In this document: piece by piece, positions 51,518 to 60,836 of the stretch
Layout of the letters: every line of letters starts with the position of its first letter
Position numbering within the stretch: the stretch's first letter is position 1
Source: an uncultured delta proteobacterium
GTDB lineage: Bacteria > Myxococcota_A > Polyangia > Polyangiales > Polyangiaceae
Direction of reading: 5' to 3'
Assembly: GCA_963763745.1 (NCBI GenBank)
Contig: CAVXQJ010000016.1
Coordinates: forward strand, 449,029-513,028
DNA: 64,000 bases
The notes under the pieces: model-generated
What the model was told of the DNA's origin: nothing
The model's database searches: none
What the model saw: only the letters and a program-made list of their open reading frames with translations
Made by a program: the position numbers and the translations under genes

Positions 51518-52542
51518 TGCAGCTCCCTCGTGCCGTCAGCCAAGACGATGGGTATCTGCCGCATCCACCGCTGAGGAAGCCACCAGTCTTGGTTCGACTT
51601 ATACCAATCGATCGTCTTGCGCAGCCCCTCCTCGAACGAAATGTTCGACTGCCAGTCCAAGAGCTTTTTAGCTTTATTGGCGTTGCATGTGTGCCGAAAC
51701 ACTTGCCCGGGCCGATTACCTACAAAGGCAACTTCGCTCTTGGGGTTATCCATGAGTCGTCTTATCGCGACTGCAATCTCAAGGACACTGTGGTCCTGTC
51801 TGGTACCTAGGTTGATGACTTGACCGATGACGCGCTCGCGATCGGTGTGAATGAGTCTGTCGAGCGCGGTGCAATGGTCGTCGACGTGCAGAAAATCGCG
51901 GCGCGCCGAGCCGTCACCGTGGACGGTCAACGGCTCACCGAGGATGCAACTCGTGATAAAGCGCGGTACGACTTTCTCGAGGTGCTGATAGGGCCCGAAG
52001 TTGTTGAATGGGCGAACAATGATCGCGGGAAGCTGATAGGTCTGCTGATATGAGTACACTAGTCTGTCCGCGCCGCACTTTGCAGCGGCGTACGGGCTCA
52101 TCGGGTTGAGCGGATGGTCCTCGTCCATGTCTTCGGCAATGGCCGAGCCGTAGACTTCGGAGGTCGAGATGTGCACGAAGCGTTCGACGCGGTCGCGGTG
52201 CCGTAGAACGCTGTTGGAAACGACCTGCGTTCCGAGGACGTCGGTTTCGAAAAACAGTCGGTTGTCGAAAATGGATCGCGTGACGTGAGACTCCGCGGCA
52301 AAGTGCAGGACAATATCGGACCGGCTCACGAGCATGTCGACGAGGTCGGCGTTCAGCACGTTGCCGTACCAGAATTCGAAGCGCGAAGAGTTGAGACCGC
52401 CGCCGGGTAAGTTGGTGACGCTACCGGCGTAAGTGAGCGCGTCGAGGACTAGAAGCTGGTATTGTGGATATCTATCGTAGAGATAGCGGACGAAGTTACT
52501 CCCGATGAATCCTGCGCCACCAGTGATCAGAACCGTTTTCAT
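51514..52542 (-). CDS. NDP-hexose 4,6-dehydratase (dTDP-glucose 4,6-dehydratase-like, RmlB family)
   Basis: Start is M101 of the ORF (MKTVLITGGAGFIGSNFVRYLYDRYPQYQLLVLDALTYAGS...ISTSEVYG...YAAAKC). ATGA overlap with the upstream WbqC-like gene. Confidence 0.8.
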   Translation of the reverse strand: MKTVLITGGAGFIGSNFVRYLYDRYPQYQLLVLDALTYAGSVTNLPGGGLNSSRFEFWYGNVLNADLVDMLVSRSDIVLHFAAESHVTRSIFDNRLFFETDVLGTQVVSNSVLRHRDRVERFVHISTSEVYGSAIAEDMDEDHPLNPMSPYAAAKCGADRLVYSYQQTYQLPAIIVRPFNNFGPYQHLEKVVPRFITSCILGEPLTVHGDGSARRDFLHVDDHCTALDRLIHTDRERVIGQVINLGTRQDHSVLEIAVAIRRLMDNPKSEVAFVGNRPGQVFRHTCNANKAKKLLDWQSNISFEEGLRKTIDWYKSNQDWWLPQRWMRQIPIVLADGTRELH

Positions 52543-53228
52543 CGTGAGCCCTCCAATACGGCTGTACTCTCCGGTCCCATGTTCAGTAGTAGATCGAGGC
52601 CGGAAAGATACGGGCAGAAATCGCCGTGCAGTTGACGATAGACAGGATGCTCGTAACCGTGCCACACGACCGAGATGCCCGCGCGAACGAACATACTTTC
52701 GTCGAGGTAGTCCTTTGCCGAGTCGCCGCTGAGATAGCGGTCGGCACCGAAGTGAGAGCAGATCTGGACGAGGCGTTCGCTTTGCCCTCCGTGGATCCCG
52801 AGTTGCGAGGATCGCGCGATTGGCCGCCGCAGCCCAAGCCATTCACACATCAACTTGACGACTTGGATATCGAGATCGACGAGTCTCGTCCACGACTGCA
52901 TGAGGAGCTCCTCGAGTTTGGGCATATAGAGGCGCTTGTGAGGCGAGCGGGCGTAGCTCTGCGCGATGCTGGCGACGTGTTTGCGAGCCCAGTGCGTCCG
53001 GTTGTCGACCTCGACGTCCAGGAGCGTTTGCGTACTGCGGCCTTTCGACAAGACAGGAACCGTGAGCCAAATGGGCCCGCTTGCGGACTTGATGCGATTA
53101 CGATTGCGCCAGCCATGCTTGTCGAACTGCACGTCGTCGTAGTAGACGAAGAAATCGCAACGTCGCAGTTGATCGAAGAAGCCGAGCCACGGAAGGTAAC
53201 CGGGTTGCAAGACGACCACAGTAGTCAT
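52539..53228 (-). CDS. WbqC-like family protein (O-antigen cluster associated, function unknown)
   Basis: MTTVVVLQPGYLPWLGFFDQLRRCDFFVYYDDVQFDKHGWRNRNRI... matches the characteristic N-terminus of the WbqC-like family. Confidence 0.65.
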   Translation of the reverse strand: MTTVVVLQPGYLPWLGFFDQLRRCDFFVYYDDVQFDKHGWRNRNRIKSASGPIWLTVPVLSKGRSTQTLLDVEVDNRTHWARKHVASIAQSYARSPHKRLYMPKLEELLMQSWTRLVDLDIQVVKLMCEWLGLRRPIARSSQLGIHGGQSERLVQICSHFGADRYLSGDSAKDYLDESMFVRAGISVVWHGYEHPVYRQLHGDFCPYLSGLDLLLNMGPESTAVLEGSR

Positions 53229-53761
53229 CGGCCGATGTTAGTTGTCTGGGAGTATTCGTCCGCGAGGATTGACATCACGATCGAGTCGACGGGTGTGCCG
53301 TCGCGTCGTGTGTCGTGCCTCAAACGACCTTCGGTCATGAACCCGAGTTTCTCGTAGAACGCCTGCGCTCGGGGATTGTCGGCGAGCACTCGCAAATGCA
53401 CGCGATCGAGACGAAGAGCGGTGAACGCCCGACCAAGTAACTGCCTGACGGCAGTAGAGCCACCGCCACTTCCGCGACGCTCGCCCAGGTAGATCCAAAG
53501 CTCGCACTTCCTGCGGGTAACGTCGATGTTGCACAGCCCGCAGTTGCCAACATGACGGCCGTTCTCGACAATTGCGTAGTCCTCACGCGTCCGTTCGAGC
53601 CTTTTCGCGTGCCAATACGCGCGGTTGCTATCGGCAGTTGGTGCGGAGGTACAATCGAGTTGTTCGCGAAGTGCGGGATCTTGCAGCCAATCGTGAGTGG
53701 AGGCGAGGTGCTCGTCCGAGAGGCGAACAAGACGAACTTCATCGAGTGCAACCAACGACAT
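53225..53761 (-). CDS. GNAT family N-acetyltransferase
   Basis: ...HVGNCGLCNIDVTRRKCELWIYLGERRGSGGGSTAVRQLLGRAF... acetyl-CoA binding Q/RxxGxG/A motif. First gene of the operon. Confidence 0.75.
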   Translation of the reverse strand: MSLVALDEVRLVRLSDEHLASTHDWLQDPALREQLDCTSAPTADSNRAYWHAKRLERTREDYAIVENGRHVGNCGLCNIDVTRRKCELWIYLGERRGSGGGSTAVRQLLGRAFTALRLDRVHLRVLADNPRAQAFYEKLGFMTEGRLRHDTRRDGTPVDSIVMSILADEYSQTTNIGR

Positions 53762-53934
53762 CGTAAGGACTCGAAACTAGGCGCAATGTAGGCTGAACGC
53801 CGCAGCGATTGCTAGAAGAATCCGCAACATTGGGCGCGCGAAGAAGGCATGGCATTCATCCGTGGGGCTTGGGGGCTTAGGCCCCCAAGCCCTATGCTTG
53901 TGGAAGAGTTCACTGTGGGGGTTATGATGCCGAC

Positions 53935-54834
53935 GTGCGAGCCAGGACCATCGTTGCGCTGGCGTGTGCCAGCGCACTCGTAGCGCTAGCGGAATGTTCA
54001 CTCGATGAAAGCGGTACGGCAGTCGATGGTGCGGACGCGCTGATCATCGATGGAGGGGACGCGAGCTGCGTTCCGTGTGCTGATCTCATCACCTCGGGCT
54101 GGGAGCTGGTCGCGTACGCATCGGGAAACGTGACGTGCCCCAACGGATACGCGCAAGAAGGAGTTACCGCCAATCCGGTGCCCTCCGCCAGTACGTGTTC
54201 ATGCGCATGCGACTCGCCTGCCGGCCTATGCGAGAATGGAACAATCTCCCAGAGTTTCAATGGGTCTTCCTGCTCTACGGCTGCTTCACCTTTCATCGTC
54301 GACGGAAAATGCGTCCCATTCGGGAGTCAAGTAGGACTTTCGGATTATAACCAAATCTACTTCAAACCATCTTCGCCTCCACCCTGTACACCGAGGCAAT
54401 TGGACGCTGGGTCGGTCGGACAACCGGGTACGCTGTGCCGAGGAGGGACTAGCTGCGACGGGCGGCTCTGCTCGGGCACTCCGCTTCTCGGATTTGCTTC
54501 CTGCATAGCTACGCAAGGTGACGTGAGCTGTCCCGATGGTGGGTTTCAACAGCGTTCGCTCGTGGCGAATTCAGTTACGATCGTGTGCTCGCCGTGCTCG
54601 TGCGGTTCTGTGGCGGTCGCTTGCACGGGGGCTCTCAGCTACTACACGGACAAGGCGTGCGCCACGGACGCCCTTGACGTCGAGAACGAGGCGGGATGTC
54701 AGGCAAGTGCAGAGGCCGGAGCTCTCACGCAATCGTATCGATGGAACGGAGTGGTGCTCGACGCCGGTTGTCAGCCGAGCGGGAGCGACGCGTCCGTTAT
54801 CATGACCAACGAACGCACCGTGTGCTGCCGCTGA
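53935..54834 (+). CDS. secreted Cys-rich protein (299 aa, ~32 Cys), hypothetical
   Basis: GTG start; signal MRARTIVALACASALVALAEC; repeated CxC/CxxC spacing (CSCAC, CSPCSC). No recognisable catalytic motif. Confidence 0.5.
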   Translation: MRARTIVALACASALVALAECSLDESGTAVDGADALIIDGGDASCVPCADLITSGWELVAYASGNVTCPNGYAQEGVTANPVPSASTCSCACDSPAGLCENGTISQSFNGSSCSTAASPFIVDGKCVPFGSQVGLSDYNQIYFKPSSPPPCTPRQLDAGSVGQPGTLCRGGTSCDGRLCSGTPLLGFASCIATQGDVSCPDGGFQQRSLVANSVTIVCSPCSCGSVAVACTGALSYYTDKACATDALDVENEAGCQASAEAGALTQSYRWNGVVLDAGCQPSGSDASVIMTNERTVCCR

Positions 54835-54841
54835 CCCGTTG

Positions 54842-55747
54842 TCACTTAACGGGCTTGTAGAACCTGCGATTGCGGAAGGTGTGCACGTAGAGTCGTCCGT
54901 ACTCGTTCACGAGCGCATCCTTCAGCCGCCGGGGCATAGCGCGTACAACTCGACGAAGCACCGCGCGGCCGCGTGGCGTCTGTTGGAGAGCGCCCGGCCC
55001 TTCGTTCCACACGAGCGCGTAGTCGCTTTGCTGCGGAGCTCGCGCAAATGGCTCGGAGAGATGTCGTGTCTTGCGCGCATGAATCATGAGAAAGACCGGG
55101 AAACGGTTTGTTAGCGTAACGCGGTTTCGAAGCCGTGCTGGGTCCATGACGTCGTAAGGTCTCCCGCGAGCGCCGAACTCGCCCCCGAGATATTTCATCT
55201 CGATCGCCTGGAGGCGCTCGACGACGAACCCCGTATCGGGGCCGAGGCACCGGTAATAGAGCTCGGGGCTGAATTGGTAGAAGCCGTGTCCGAATTGGTT
55301 GTTGGCGGGCGTTCCTAGAAAGAGGTGACCGCCAACCTTGAGCGCGCGCATACAATTAGCGAGCGCTACTGGGAAGTTGAATATGTGCTCCAGGCAGCCA
55401 CCTTCGAGGACCGTATCGAAGGTCTCTTCCATGCCGTTCGGGAAGGGGAGATTCATGTCATGAAGGATCTGTGCACCTTCGTAATCGGAGTTGTCGACGG
55501 CGCTTAGTTGGTTGACGCCGAGGAAGACGCGGAAAAACTCGTCCGCGTATTTCTGTTTGACGCCGCGCGCGACGCGACCATCGATGTTGGCCTCGCGCGC
55601 GAAAGCGTCGAGTTGGCGCGAGCTCAGGTAGAATTCTTGGCGGCCGAGCGTGAGCATGTGGCCGAAAGGAACGCCGGCTCGTTTGGCGTCCCAAACAAAA
55701 ATCGCATTGTCGTTGGTTAAGGCCATTGAGAGATCGGATAGCCGCAT
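54842..55747 (-). CDS. class I SAM-dependent methyltransferase
   Basis: ...VLEGGCLEHIFNFPVALANCMRALKVGGHLFLGTP... motif II/III region. 301 aa. Confidence 0.65.
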   Translation of the reverse strand: MRLSDLSMALTNDNAIFVWDAKRAGVPFGHMLTLGRQEFYLSSRQLDAFAREANIDGRVARGVKQKYADEFFRVFLGVNQLSAVDNSDYEGAQILHDMNLPFPNGMEETFDTVLEGGCLEHIFNFPVALANCMRALKVGGHLFLGTPANNQFGHGFYQFSPELYYRCLGPDTGFVVERLQAIEMKYLGGEFGARGRPYDVMDPARLRNRVTLTNRFPVFLMIHARKTRHLSEPFARAPQQSDYALVWNEGPGALQQTPRGRAVLRRVVRAMPRRLKDALVNEYGRLYVHTFRNRRFYKPVK

Positions 55748-55769
55748 GCCTTTTGCGTGTCAAACCGCA

Positions 55770-56999
55770 TCACGCGATTGCGCGCAACAGCGTGGCGTAG
55801 CGTTCGACGCCAGCTTGCAGACCGAAATGCGGAGCGGTGATATCGCGCGCGCGCGCGATGGTTTCGGCGTCCGGCGCTGTATCGACAACACGCTTGGCTG
55901 CCATCCGAACGCAGGAGTCGTCGATGGAATCGAGGACGAAACCAGAGCCCGCCCGGCGTACCCACTTCATCATCTCCACGTTGCAACCGTGTACAATTGG
56001 CCTTACGCCTGCGGCAAAGAATTCTGCGAGCTTCGTAGGCATCGAACCGCGTTTCGCGGCGAGGTCCGGCAAGAGCAGGATACCCCAGTCAATCCAATGA
56101 ACCCATTGGGGCATCTCATCGTGTCGGGCGCTTGCGACTGTGAAGCGATCCGGACTCATGCCCGTGTGAGACAGCGCATCAACGTAGGCTTCGCGCTGTT
56201 GCGTCAGCACGAGTAGATGCGCGGTGTCGCTCGCTTCGCAAGCGAAGCCAGCCAACCGAAGCGCGGAATCGGTTGCATAGGACCGATTGAGAGACCCGAC
56301 AATCGCGATGACGTTCTTGTCTCGAAGGCGTCGCTGAATGTCCAGCGGAACGACCGTGCTGCTACTGGGCTTGGCGGGTCGCGACGACGAAATCCCAAAC
56401 TCATGATAGTCCGCGCAGGTAGGAACCACAATAACGCGCGTTGCGTCCCTTCGCCCGAAGGCACCGTCCACGACCTCGCGTGCGTGAAGTGCTGTGAGCG
56501 TCACGACCGCCTTCGCGTCCCGGTACAGGTGGCGTTCGACGAACTTGCCCGCCGCATACGACGACGGTGTCGAGAACCACTCGGGACGCTCTTCAATCCA
56601 GCAGCCGCGCGCATCGAAGAGATACGGAATGTCCGTTAAGCGTTTGGCCGCTTCGGCGACAAGAGCGCTCTGATACCCGCGCGCATGAACGAGGGCGATG
56701 CGCGAGCGTCGTACGATTCGAAGCACGGATGCGCTCATGCGCGCGAAGGCCTCCGCCGATCGAGCTGCCGAGCCGTTGAGGTCCACTCCAATTGCAGTCC
56801 ATCCCACTCCGAACCGAGACAGCGTGCTCCGTACGTGTTCCACGTTCGCGCGATCTTCGATGTCGCGCGTGCGTTCGACCGACAGCAGATGATAGGGGAA
56901 ACCGTGCCTCGCCAAGGCGACGATCACACGCACGACTTGCGAAAAGCCTAACGGTTGAAGCACACCGTCGAACGACACGTAGAGCAGCGACGACGTCAT
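55770..56999 (-). CDS. glycosyltransferase family 4 (group 1)
   Basis: Start is M5 of the ORF (MTSSLLYVSFDGVLQPLGFSQVVRV...). C-terminal ...MPTKLAEFFAAGVRPIVHGCN... GT-B. Confidence 0.65.
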   Translation of the reverse strand: MTSSLLYVSFDGVLQPLGFSQVVRVIVALARHGFPYHLLSVERTRDIEDRANVEHVRSTLSRFGVGWTAIGVDLNGSAARSAEAFARMSASVLRIVRRSRIALVHARGYQSALVAEAAKRLTDIPYLFDARGCWIEERPEWFSTPSSYAAGKFVERHLYRDAKAVVTLTALHAREVVDGAFGRRDATRVIVVPTCADYHEFGISSSRPAKPSSSTVVPLDIQRRLRDKNVIAIVGSLNRSYATDSALRLAGFACEASDTAHLLVLTQQREAYVDALSHTGMSPDRFTVASARHDEMPQWVHWIDWGILLLPDLAAKRGSMPTKLAEFFAAGVRPIVHGCNVEMMKWVRRAGSGFVLDSIDDSCVRMAAKRVVDTAPDAETIARARDITAPHFGLQAGVERYATLLRAIA

Positions 57000-57078
57000 T
57001 CGCGTGACCACACGTACCGCGTCCGCGCATGTACAGCAAGTTGCTTCAGCGCGCGACCTGGGCTACGTGATTGCTGAG

Positions 57079-58964
57079 ATGTGCGGCATCTTGGGCTCCG
57101 TGTTCGACGCTCAATGCATGGACGTCGCCGGCGCGCTCAAGCGCCTACGACACCGTGGGCCCGACGCCGAGGGCGTCTTTCGCGACGAGGGCGTGGTGCT
57201 TGGGCACACGCGGCTTTCGATTCTCGACTTAAGTCCGCTCGGCGTGCAACCGATGCGGAGCGCCGACGGTCGAGCCGTCGTCGTCTTCAATGGTGAAATA
57301 TACAACCATCATGAGCTTCGTGCGGAACTCCAGAAGTGCGGCCGTTCGTTTCGCTCTCGCTCCGATACGGAGGTGATCGTCGAAGGGTATTGCGAATACG
57401 GTGTAGCGTTTTTCGAACGACTTGACGGGATGTTCGCCATCGCCTTGTTCGACCGCAAACAGCGCCGACTCGTTCTCGTGCGCGACCGAACTGGGAAGAA
57501 GCCGCTCTTCTACACCCGCTGCGGCGGCAACGTACGATTCGCCTCGGAGATACGTGCCCTGTTCGCGCTTGGCACTCCGTCGACACTCCGATTGGCGTCG
57601 TTGCCGCTGCTGCTGTCACTCGGGTATGTGCCGCCGCCCGCGACGTTGTACGAACACGTTGCGCAGCTCCCACCGGCCACGATCCTTGACATCACGGAGA
57701 ACGCGTCGCCCGAGGTTCGCACGTTTTGGAGGGCGCCGTTCAACGCGGAGCCGCTCGACGTCGGCGTAATCGAAGCAACGCGCGAGGTGCGGCGCCTCAC
57801 CGAGCAAGCGGTGCTGAGACGCCTTGAAGCGGACGTGCCGCTCGGTGCATTTCTGTCGGGCGGCATCGATTCGTCGGTCGTCGTCGGGTTGATGGCGCGC
57901 ATGTCGACGAAGCGTGTGAAGACATTCTCCATCGGATTTTCGCAAGACGCCCGTTTCGACGAAACGCGTTACGCGCGAATCGCCTCCGATGCATTCGACA
58001 CCGATCACACTGAATTTACCCTCGAGCCAAGCTCGATCGACTTGCTCGATCGTCTCGTCGAGGCTCACGACGGTCCGTTCGGGGATTCGTCTGCAGTCCC
58101 CACGAGCGTCGTATCGATGCTGACGCGCAAGCACGTGACGGTAGCGCTTACGGGCGACGGTGGAGACGAGTTGTTCGCTGGATACAACATCTTTCTCCGC
58201 GTGACGGCCGCCGAAGCCGTGCCCCAACCGCTTCGAACGCTCGCACGGGCGCTAACAACACACCTTCCGTTAGACGGTCAAGCCTTCAATCGGTTGACAC
58301 GCGCCCTACACGTGGCGGCGCTATCGCTTCCCGAACGAATGCTGCACTGGCAGTCGTATTTCACGAACGACCTTGGCGCGCTCTTGACGCGCGAGCTGCG
58401 CACGAGCGTCGATTTGGATGCCGCTAAGAGTTGGATTCGTCTGCTCGGCGCGCGCACGGGGGCCGCCTCTCCACTAACACGCGCGTTGCAGATCAACTTC
58501 GATTCGTACCTACCATTTGACTTGCTGGTGAAGGCCGACCGTGCATCGATGCTTCATTCGCTAGAGCTCCGATCCCCGTTCCTCGACACCGAGCTCATCG
58601 AATACGCCTCACGGCTGCCGGATCGCTTCCGCCGGCGTCACAGAGTCACCAAATGGATCTTGCGGCGCGCCTTCCGCGACATTGTTCCAGCGCCGATTCT
58701 TCACGCGGCAAGATGGGATTTGGCATGCCGCTCGCGACGTGGTTTCGAACGAGCCTTCGGGAGCTCGTCCGAGACACGCTATGCAGGTCGGCTCGCCTCG
58801 GGCAGTTCGTCGATCTGGCCTACGTCGACCGCTTGCTCGATGAGCACGACAGCGGCGTGCGCGATCACCATAATCCGATATGGCTTCTCTTGACGATGGA
58901 GCGCTGGCTGCATCTTCTCCCCACGTGGACGCGAATGACGAACGCACCAGAGGTATCAGTATGA
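57079..58964 (+). CDS. asparagine synthetase family amidotransferase paralog 3 (one frameshift ~58705, probably a G-run indel)
   Basis: MCGILGSVFD (Cys2), TRLSILDLSPLGVQPMRSADGRAVVVFNGEIYNHHEL, AFLSGGIDSSVVV, ALTGDGGDELFAGY, LELRSPFLD. After ...APILHA the frame shifts to ...KMGFGMPLATWFRTSLRELVRDTL...*. Confidence 0.8.
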
Positions 58965-59986
58965 ATGCCTCGCCGCCGCTTGTGTCCGTGCTCGTTCCGA
59001 CCATCGGTCGCCCCGAGTTCTTCGACGACCTGCTGCGTTCGGTACGCCAACAGACGTATGCCAACATCGAAGTCGTAGTTCTCGACAATGCGAGCGGCGA
59101 CGACGCGGCGCGCGCATTCGCCGAATGGGCGCGCACCGACTCGCGTGTACGCGTGCGCCGGCTGGAATCACGCGTCCCGGTCTTTCGCAACCTCAACCGT
59201 GGCATTGCGGAAGCGAAGGGTAAATACGTCGTCTTCTTTCATGACGACGATGTTTATGCAGCGGCGCTTCTTGCGCGTGCGGTCGACGCGCTCGAGGCCT
59301 ATCCACGCGCTCGATTCTTCGCCAGCAACTACGACTTCGTCGACGAACGCGGCGTTCTGACGGAAAAGCGGCGATGGATTCGCCGCGACGCATGCATTCC
59401 CGGACGCCAATTCGTCGAAATGATGCTCCACCGCGGTCGCGGAATCGTGGTGACGCCGGGAGTCGTGTTCCGCCGTTCCACACTCGACGACGGCTTCGAC
59501 GAACGGCTATCGCTCCACTACGGTGATTACATAATACTGATGCGAATGGCCGAGCGCGGCGACGTGTACTTAGGCACCGACGCCCTCGTCAGCATTCGCC
59601 GACACGCTGCTCAGCAAAGTCTAGAGATGTCATTTTCCGCAGGCGATACGGCAGCGGACGAACTTGTTCCTCGATTATTGCGATGGATATCTGAGCCGGC
59701 ACCCCAACGATGCACGATTCATTCGCTCGATGAGGCGGCGCGTGATTTTGCTTCACCGTATCGGGCTCGTATGGGGATGGGCGACGGCGACCAACGACGC
59801 CGAGGCGTCGGCCTGCACGCGCGAACTCCGGGAAGCCGTCCGCGGTGTGGACCCGGCGCTGCGCGTTATCGAAGGTTTGAACGGCAGACGATGGGTTGGG
59901 CGCTTCGCGGGCCGCGCGAAGAAGCTAGGAGCACTTCTCGGTATGTAGCCACTCAAGCACGTCGCGCAGGCCTGATGTGCGATTGA
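58961..59986 (+). CDS. glycosyltransferase family 2
   Basis: VSVLVPTIGRPEFFDDLLRSVRQQTYANIEVVVLDNASGDD...FFHDDDV (DxD). ATGA overlap with asnB3. The last ~100 aa are low-complexity. An alternative C-terminus (ORF 59664..59948) suggests a possible frameshift near 59660. Confidence 0.7.
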   Translation: MNASPPLVSVLVPTIGRPEFFDDLLRSVRQQTYANIEVVVLDNASGDDAARAFAEWARTDSRVRVRRLESRVPVFRNLNRGIAEAKGKYVVFFHDDDVYAAALLARAVDALEAYPRARFFASNYDFVDERGVLTEKRRWIRRDACIPGRQFVEMMLHRGRGIVVTPGVVFRRSTLDDGFDERLSLHYGDYIILMRMAERGDVYLGTDALVSIRRHAAQQSLEMSFSAGDTAADELVPRLLRWISEPAPQRCTIHSLDEAARDFASPYRARMGMGDGDQRRRGVGLHARTPGSRPRCGPGAARYRRFERQTMGWALRGPREEARSTSRYVATQARRAGLMCD

Positions 59987-60833
59987 AATGTGGGCGAAAG
60001 CCCAGCTCCTCTCGCAGCCGCGCGACGTCGGCGACGATGTAGTCGGGGTCATCCGCGCGACGTGGCAGCGCTCCGAGGATGACCTTGCCACCGAGCAATC
60101 GTTCGAGCGTGCGTGCGATGTCGGCGACCACGACGGGCTCTCCGGAGGCTACATTGACGGGGCCGCTCACATGCGAGTCAATGATCGCGACCAACGCCCT
60201 GGCCGCATCGCCGACATGCATGAAATCGCGAACCTGGTGTCCGTGGCTGCAAAGGGCCTCTTCTCCGCGCAACATTGCACTTGCGATAGAAGTTACAAAG
60301 CGTCGCCGGTCTTCGTGCGGCCCGTAGAGAAAGAAGACACGTGCATGTGCCCAGGATAGGCCCGATTGAGTTGCGTAAGCCGCGACGACCCGCCTGAGTG
60401 CGTCTTTGCACACACCATAAGCGGTTGATGGTGCGATGCGCGATGTTGCTTCGCGAAGCGCTTCGCTTCCTTCCCACGCATACTCAGCGCAACTGCCAAC
60501 TGTAACGACGCGCTGCCCCCCCCCTTCACGGAACGCGCGAACGAGCTCGATCGATGCGGCAGCCCAACGCAGATTCTCAGGCGAATGCCAGAAGAGCCCA
60601 TGTTCGCTATACCAAGCGATGTGTAATAAGGATTCTGGCTTTGCGGCTGCCAGGAGCTTCGACCGTCCGTCCGCGGACAAAAGGTCGGCACGGTGCCAAA
60701 TGACGTGCTCAATATTGAGTGGTGGGATGGCCTCAACATGAGATGCATGCACTTCATACCCGGCCGCGAGCAGTTCGCTGACCGCATGACGGCCGATGAA
60801 TCCGCCCGCGCCAGTAACAAGGACCGATCGCAT
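59925..60833 (-). CDS. NAD(P)-dependent epimerase/dehydratase family protein (short-chain dehydrogenase fold; candidate NDP-4-keto sugar reductase/epimerase)
   Basis: MRSVLVTGAGGFIGRHAVSELLAAGYEV...YGVCK (YxxxK). 302 aa. Confidence 0.75.
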   Translation of the reverse strand: MRSVLVTGAGGFIGRHAVSELLAAGYEVHASHVEAIPPLNIEHVIWHRADLLSADGRSKLLAAAKPESLLHIAWYSEHGLFWHSPENLRWAAASIELVRAFREGGGQRVVTVGSCAEYAWEGSEALREATSRIAPSTAYGVCKDALRRVVAAYATQSGLSWAHARVFFLYGPHEDRRRFVTSIASAMLRGEEALCSHGHQVRDFMHVGDAARALVAIIDSHVSGPVNVASGEPVVVADIARTLERLLGGKVILGALPRRADDPDYIVADVARLREELGFRPHFNRTSGLRDVLEWLHTEKCS

Positions 60834-60836
60834 GGC

